From Candidatus Nanohaloarchaea archaeon (GTDB lineage Archaea; Nanohalarchaeota; Nanosalinia; Nanosalinales; Nanosalinaceae): a stretch of DNA of 10,042 nt. Positions 6,737 through 10,042 of this stretch are shown in pieces (position 1 is the first letter of the stretch; each line of letters begins with the position of its first letter). The translations under genes were made by a program, and so were the position numbers. Location of the stretch: assembly GCA_046539225.1 (NCBI GenBank), contig JBKHHG010000023.1, forward strand, positions 1-10,042, written 5' to 3'. The notes below the pieces were generated by a model. That model saw nothing but the letters and a program-made list of their open reading frames with translations, was not told where the DNA came from and did not search any database.

Positions 6737-6760
6737 TAGTTGCATACTCTGAGTCTTATT

Positions 6761-7096
6761 ATGGAAGAACGTCCGGCCTCTCTGCTGACCTACAAGACCC
6801 ACAGGGAGAAGTTCAAATCTATGTATGAACGGAACCAGTTCTACAGAGGCCTCTTCGGCTACAAGCAGACGGTCAAGAAAAACGGTAAGAAGTACGAGTA
6901 CGAGAAAGACGGGTTGATGGACGAGGTTCCGAACGTCAGGATCGACGACTCGGTGTTTATAGTTGCGAAGGAGGCCTGCGAAAAGGTGGACGTATACTTC
7001 CAGGAATGGGGAGAAAAAGTCACACATCACATCTTCAAAGTTATAATAGACAAGCCGGATCTTATCGAGGCGCTCGAGAAAGGTGAGAAAGCATGA
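6761..7096 (+). CDS. Small hypothetical protein (111 aa), possible Cas2/VapD/PaaX-like ferredoxin fold
   Basis: ATG 6761 lies 25 nt downstream of TTATAA. The stop overlaps the cdc48 start (ATGA 7093-7096). The fold guess comes from the pattern LLTY...[11 protein letters not shown]...GL...RIDDSVFIV...VDVYFQEWG. Confidence 0.75.
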   Translation: MEERPASLLTYKTHREKFKSMYERNQFYRGLFGYKQTVKKNGKKYEYEKDGLMDEVPNVRIDDSVFIVAKEACEKVDVYFQEWGEKVTHHIFKVIIDKPDLIEALEKGEKA

Positions 7097-9366
7097 CAAA
7101 TGAAAACGAAGACAATGTCAGGCTGCGTGTAGGCGAAGTACCTCCGAACGCGCAGCAGGACGTCGGCAAGGGAATAGTAAGAATAGACTCCAAAATCATG
7201 GAAGAACTCGGCATAAAGGAAGGCGACGCTGTAACGGTCGAGGGCGACCGGAAAACAGTTGGGATCGCCGCAAGAAGCTATCCCGCGGATAAAGGCCTTG
7301 GAATCGCCAGGATGGACGGCTACATGAGGAAGAACGCGGGAACCTCTCTCGGAGAGCATATAGAAGTCGAAAAAGCCGAGTTAAAGGAGGCCAAGAAGAT
7401 TACGCTGGCTCCTGCCGAGGAAGGCGTCATGATGCAGGTCAGCGACCCCAATATTTTCAAGAGGAGTCTGGCCGGAAGGCCTGTAATGCAGGGTGATATT
7501 ATCTCGCCCGGAAACCAGGATAAGCCTCGCTCATTCTTTGACGACATGTTTGAAAGTGCAGCGGACAACTTCTCGTTCTCGTTCGGCGACACAAAGCTGA
7601 GCGTAGTAAAGACCAAGCCTAAAGGAGCTGTAAAGGTAACCCAGCATACAGAGATCGAGATGAAGGAACGAGCCATAAAAGAACCGAAGCAACAGGTGAA
7701 AGTTCCGGAAGTAACTTACGAAGACATTGGAGGCCTCGACCAGGAAGTCCAGCAGGTAAGAGAGATGATCGAACTCCCATTGAAACATCCCGAGGTCTTC
7801 CAGCAGCTTGGAATCGATGCGCCCTCCGGGGTGCTTCTACAGGGTCCTCCAGGCACAGGAAAAACATTGCTTGCGAAAGCAGTTGCGAACGAGGCCGACG
7901 CAGAGTTCCTCTCCATCAACGGGCCGGAGATAATGAGCAAGTACTACGGAGAATCAGAGAAACAGCTTAGAGAAAAGTTTGAAGAGGCGCGTGAAGGAGA
8001 GCCAGCGATCGTGTTCATCGACGAGATCGACGCCATCGCTCCAAAGAGAGGCGACGCTGGAGGAGAAGTAGAGAGACGGGTCGTCGCCACCCTACTTTCC
8101 GAGATGGACGGTCTGGAGTCACGGGAAAACGTTATTGTGATCGCAGCAACGAACCGGGCCGAGGCCATCGACCCAGCATTGAGAAGAGGTGGAAGGTTCG
8201 ACCGTGAAATTGAAATCGGAGTACCGAACAGGGAAGGCAGAAAAGAGATCCTCCAGATCCACACCAGGAACATGCCTCTCGCCGACAACGTAGAACTCGA
8301 GGAAATGGCGGAACTCACCCACGGCTATGTTGGAGCCGATCTCGAGGCCTTGTGCAAGGAGGCCGCTATGGCCACGCTGAGAGATATTCTTCCAGAGATC
8401 GATATGGATGAGGAGATCCCGAGCGATGTACTGGAGAAACTGGTGGTCGACCGCGACGCGATGATGGAAGGCCTTAGAAACGTCGAGCCAAGCCAGATGA
8501 GAGAGGTAATGGTAGAAGTTCCACAGGTGAGCTGGGAAGACGTTGGAGGCCTCGACCAGACCAAGGACCGGTTAAAGGAGATGGTCGAATGGCCTCAGAA
8601 ATACCCTGAAAGATTCGAGAAAATGGGTATTGAAGTACCGAAAGGTATCATGCTTTACGGAATGCCGGGAACAGGCAAAACCCTCTTAGCAAAAGCAATC
8701 GCAAACGAGGCCAACGCCAACTTCATCTCAATCAAAGGCCCGGAAGTATTCTCCAAATACGTAGGAGAATCAGAAGAAGCAGTAAGAGAAATCTTCAAGA
8801 AGGCAAGACAGGTAGCACCCTGCATCCTATTCATAGACGAAATCGATGCGATAGCACCGAGAAGAGGAGGCGGCAGCAGTGACTCCGGAGTAGGAGACCG
8901 GGTAGTAAACCAGCTGCTCACAGAACTGGACGGCATCGAATCCCTTGAAGGCGTAACAGTTATCGCAGCAACAAACAGGCCTGACATGATCGATCCAGCG
9001 ATCACAAGGCCTGGAAGAATCGATAGAAGCGTCGAAGTAGAAGTACCGGACAGGGACGCAAGAAGAAAGATCTTAGAGGTCCACACTCGGGATATGCCTC
9101 TTGCTGACGATGTAGATCTCGACGAACTGGCTGAAAAAACAGAGAACTTTGTCGGCAGCGACATAGAGGCTATGTGCAGAGAGGCAGCGATGATATCACT
9201 GCGTAACAACCCTGAAGACGAAGAAGTGTCTATGCAAGAGTTCGAAGAGGCTTTGAAGGATACCAATCCTACAGCAAACGAGGAAAACCAACAGCTTTAC
9301 AGGCAGATGACCCAGAAAATGAAGGATATAGACCAGGACGAAGCAACGCCCGACTACCTTGGATAG
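7093..9366 (+). CDS. cdc48: Cdc48/VCP/p97 family AAA+ ATPase
   Basis: N-domain ([21 protein letters not shown]) and two AAA modules: GPPGTGKT / [12 protein letters not shown] / [11 protein letters not shown] and GMPGTGKT / [12 protein letters not shown] / [16 protein letters not shown] at 7082-7086. Confidence 0.97.
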   Translation: MTNENEDNVRLRVGEVPPNAQQDVGKGIVRIDSKIMEELGIKEGDAVTVEGDRKTVGIAARSYPADKGLGIARMDGYMRKNAGTSLGEHIEVEKAELKEAKKITLAPAEEGVMMQVSDPNIFKRSLAGRPVMQGDIISPGNQDKPRSFFDDMFESAADNFSFSFGDTKLSVVKTKPKGAVKVTQHTEIEMKERAIKEPKQQVKVPEVTYEDIGGLDQEVQQVREMIELPLKHPEVFQQLGIDAPSGVLLQGPPGTGKTLLAKAVANEADAEFLSINGPEIMSKYYGESEKQLREKFEEAREGEPAIVFIDEIDAIAPKRGDAGGEVERRVVATLLSEMDGLESRENVIVIAATNRAEAIDPALRRGGRFDREIEIGVPNREGRKEILQIHTRNMPLADNVELEEMAELTHGYVGADLEALCKEAAMATLRDILPEIDMDEEIPSDVLEKLVVDRDAMMEGLRNVEPSQMREVMVEVPQVSWEDVGGLDQTKDRLKEMVEWPQKYPERFEKMGIEVPKGIMLYGMPGTGKTLLAKAIANEANANFISIKGPEVFSKYVGESEEAVREIFKKARQVAPCILFIDEIDAIAPRRGGGSSDSGVGDRVVNQLLTELDGIESLEGVTVIAATNRPDMIDPAITRPGRIDRSVEVEVPDRDARRKILEVHTRDMPLADDVDLDELAEKTENFVGSDIEAMCREAAMISLRNNPEDEEVSMQEFEEALKDTNPTANEENQQLYRQMTQKMKDIDQDEATPDYLG

Positions 9367-9369
9367 GCT

Positions 9370-10011
9370 ATGAGAAAAGTAACGAGAGATGAGATGACCC
9401 GGTTAGAGGATAAGGCCTTCAGGGATTACGGTTTAAAGCCTTCAAAGCTGATGGAGAACGCCGGCTACCAAATAGCGGACTTTATCAGGAAGAATCTGGA
9501 GGCCTCAGGCATAACGGTTTACGCAGGGAGAGGTAACAACGGTGGAGATGCGTTTGTCGCGGCGAGAAGGCTTCACAACTGGGGATTCGACGTTGAAGTC
9601 GTGACAGCGGGAAAGGTAGAAGGCCTTCCGGCCGAGGAGCTCCGGATTCTAGAAAAACTTGGAATTATGCCTCGGGAGGAACCTGAGAAGGATTTTTCCG
9701 TTGCTCTTGACGGGGTTATAGGCTCGGGCCTGAAAGGAGATCCAAGGCCTCCGCTCGACTCCATGATACGGGATGTGAACAGTCATGACACTGTTGTCTC
9801 CATCGATATAGCTTCGGGCGTTGACCCGGATACAGGGGAGGAAAAGGATCCATGTGTCAGACCTGATTACACGTTGACGCTGGGATTCCCGTTTGAAGGC
9901 CTTGATGCTGGAGGGGTTTACGTCGTTGACATCTCTCTTCCCCGTGAATTTTATGAGGAGGCCTTGACCGGTGCGATACCCTACGAAGAGTTCCAGTCCG
10001 ATATTCAATAA
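9370..10011 (+). CDS. nnrE: NAD(P)H-hydrate epimerase (stand-alone YjeF N-terminal domain)
   Basis: LMENAG, GRGNNGGDAFVAARRL, DGVIGSGL, SIDIASG, PDYTLTLG. Starts 3 nt after the cdc48 stop. Confidence 0.9.
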   Translation: MRKVTRDEMTRLEDKAFRDYGLKPSKLMENAGYQIADFIRKNLEASGITVYAGRGNNGGDAFVAARRLHNWGFDVEVVTAGKVEGLPAEELRILEKLGIMPREEPEKDFSVALDGVIGSGLKGDPRPPLDSMIRDVNSHDTVVSIDIASGVDPDTGEEKDPCVRPDYTLTLGFPFEGLDAGGVYVVDISLPREFYEEALTGAIPYEEFQSDIQ

Positions 10012-10042
10012 AAAACAGAACATAGCCCGGGCATTCAGGAAC

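Larger units (their letters stand above)
368..9964. repeat. Dispersed highly iterated palindrome AGGCCT (39 copies)
   Basis: Manual count of start positions: 368, 431, 857, 1542, 1654, 2046, 2351, 2464, 2568, 3100, 3248, 3888, 4087, 4174, 5096, 5155, 5399, 5567, 5705, 5730, 5933, 5984, 6531, 6847, 6972, 7293, 7477, 7731, 8345, 8469, 8547, 8977, 9007, 9413, 9500, 9621, 9745, 9897, 9959. Confidence 0.92.

Noticed and set aside
6664..6760. ORF-track N-terminal extensions of radB (6699) and the small hypothetical (6740), and likewise of tyrA (3247) and chorismate mutase (2349)
   Set aside because: The extensions run through or close to predicted TATA boxes or deep into the neighbouring gene. Downstream starts fit promoter spacing and domain boundaries better.
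7720..8559. 23/24-nt direct repeat in cdc48 (7720-7743 and 8536-8559)
   Set aside because: Explained by the conserved ED(I/V)GGLDQ motif at the start of the D1 and D2 AAA domains plus the AGGCCT bias.
601..10023. Numerous alternative-frame and antisense ORFs in the track (e.g. 3117-3548, 4614-5051, 8655-9266, 9649-10023)
   Set aside because: They shadow well-supported genes, have Ser/Phe/Leu-rich antisense composition, and show no recognisable motifs.

Overview
Archaeal chromosomal window with a strongly acidic (Glu/Asp-rich) proteome at moderate GC and very compact gene packing, most consistent with a halophilic DPANN archaeon (Nanohaloarchaeota-like; inference only). Gene order: type IA topoisomerase (+, 5' end at or just outside the window edge); a convergent minus-strand post-chorismate Phe/Tyr cluster (prephenate dehydratase, class I/II aminotransferase, prephenate dehydrogenase, chorismate mutase); an acidic orphan gene; a ~360-nt intergenic region that looks like a structured RNA with its own TATA box and a terminal hairpin; radB (-); then a divergent + operon of a small Cas2/VapD-like-fold hypothetical, cdc48 and NAD(P)HX epimerase. 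The most striking signal is not a gene. The palindrome AGGCCT occurs 39 times by manual count, against about 2-3 expected. It appears in all reading frames through synonymous codon choice and in several intergenic and promoter elements, resembling a HIP1-like highly iterated palindrome. No CRISPR array, tRNA, rRNA or transposase was seen.
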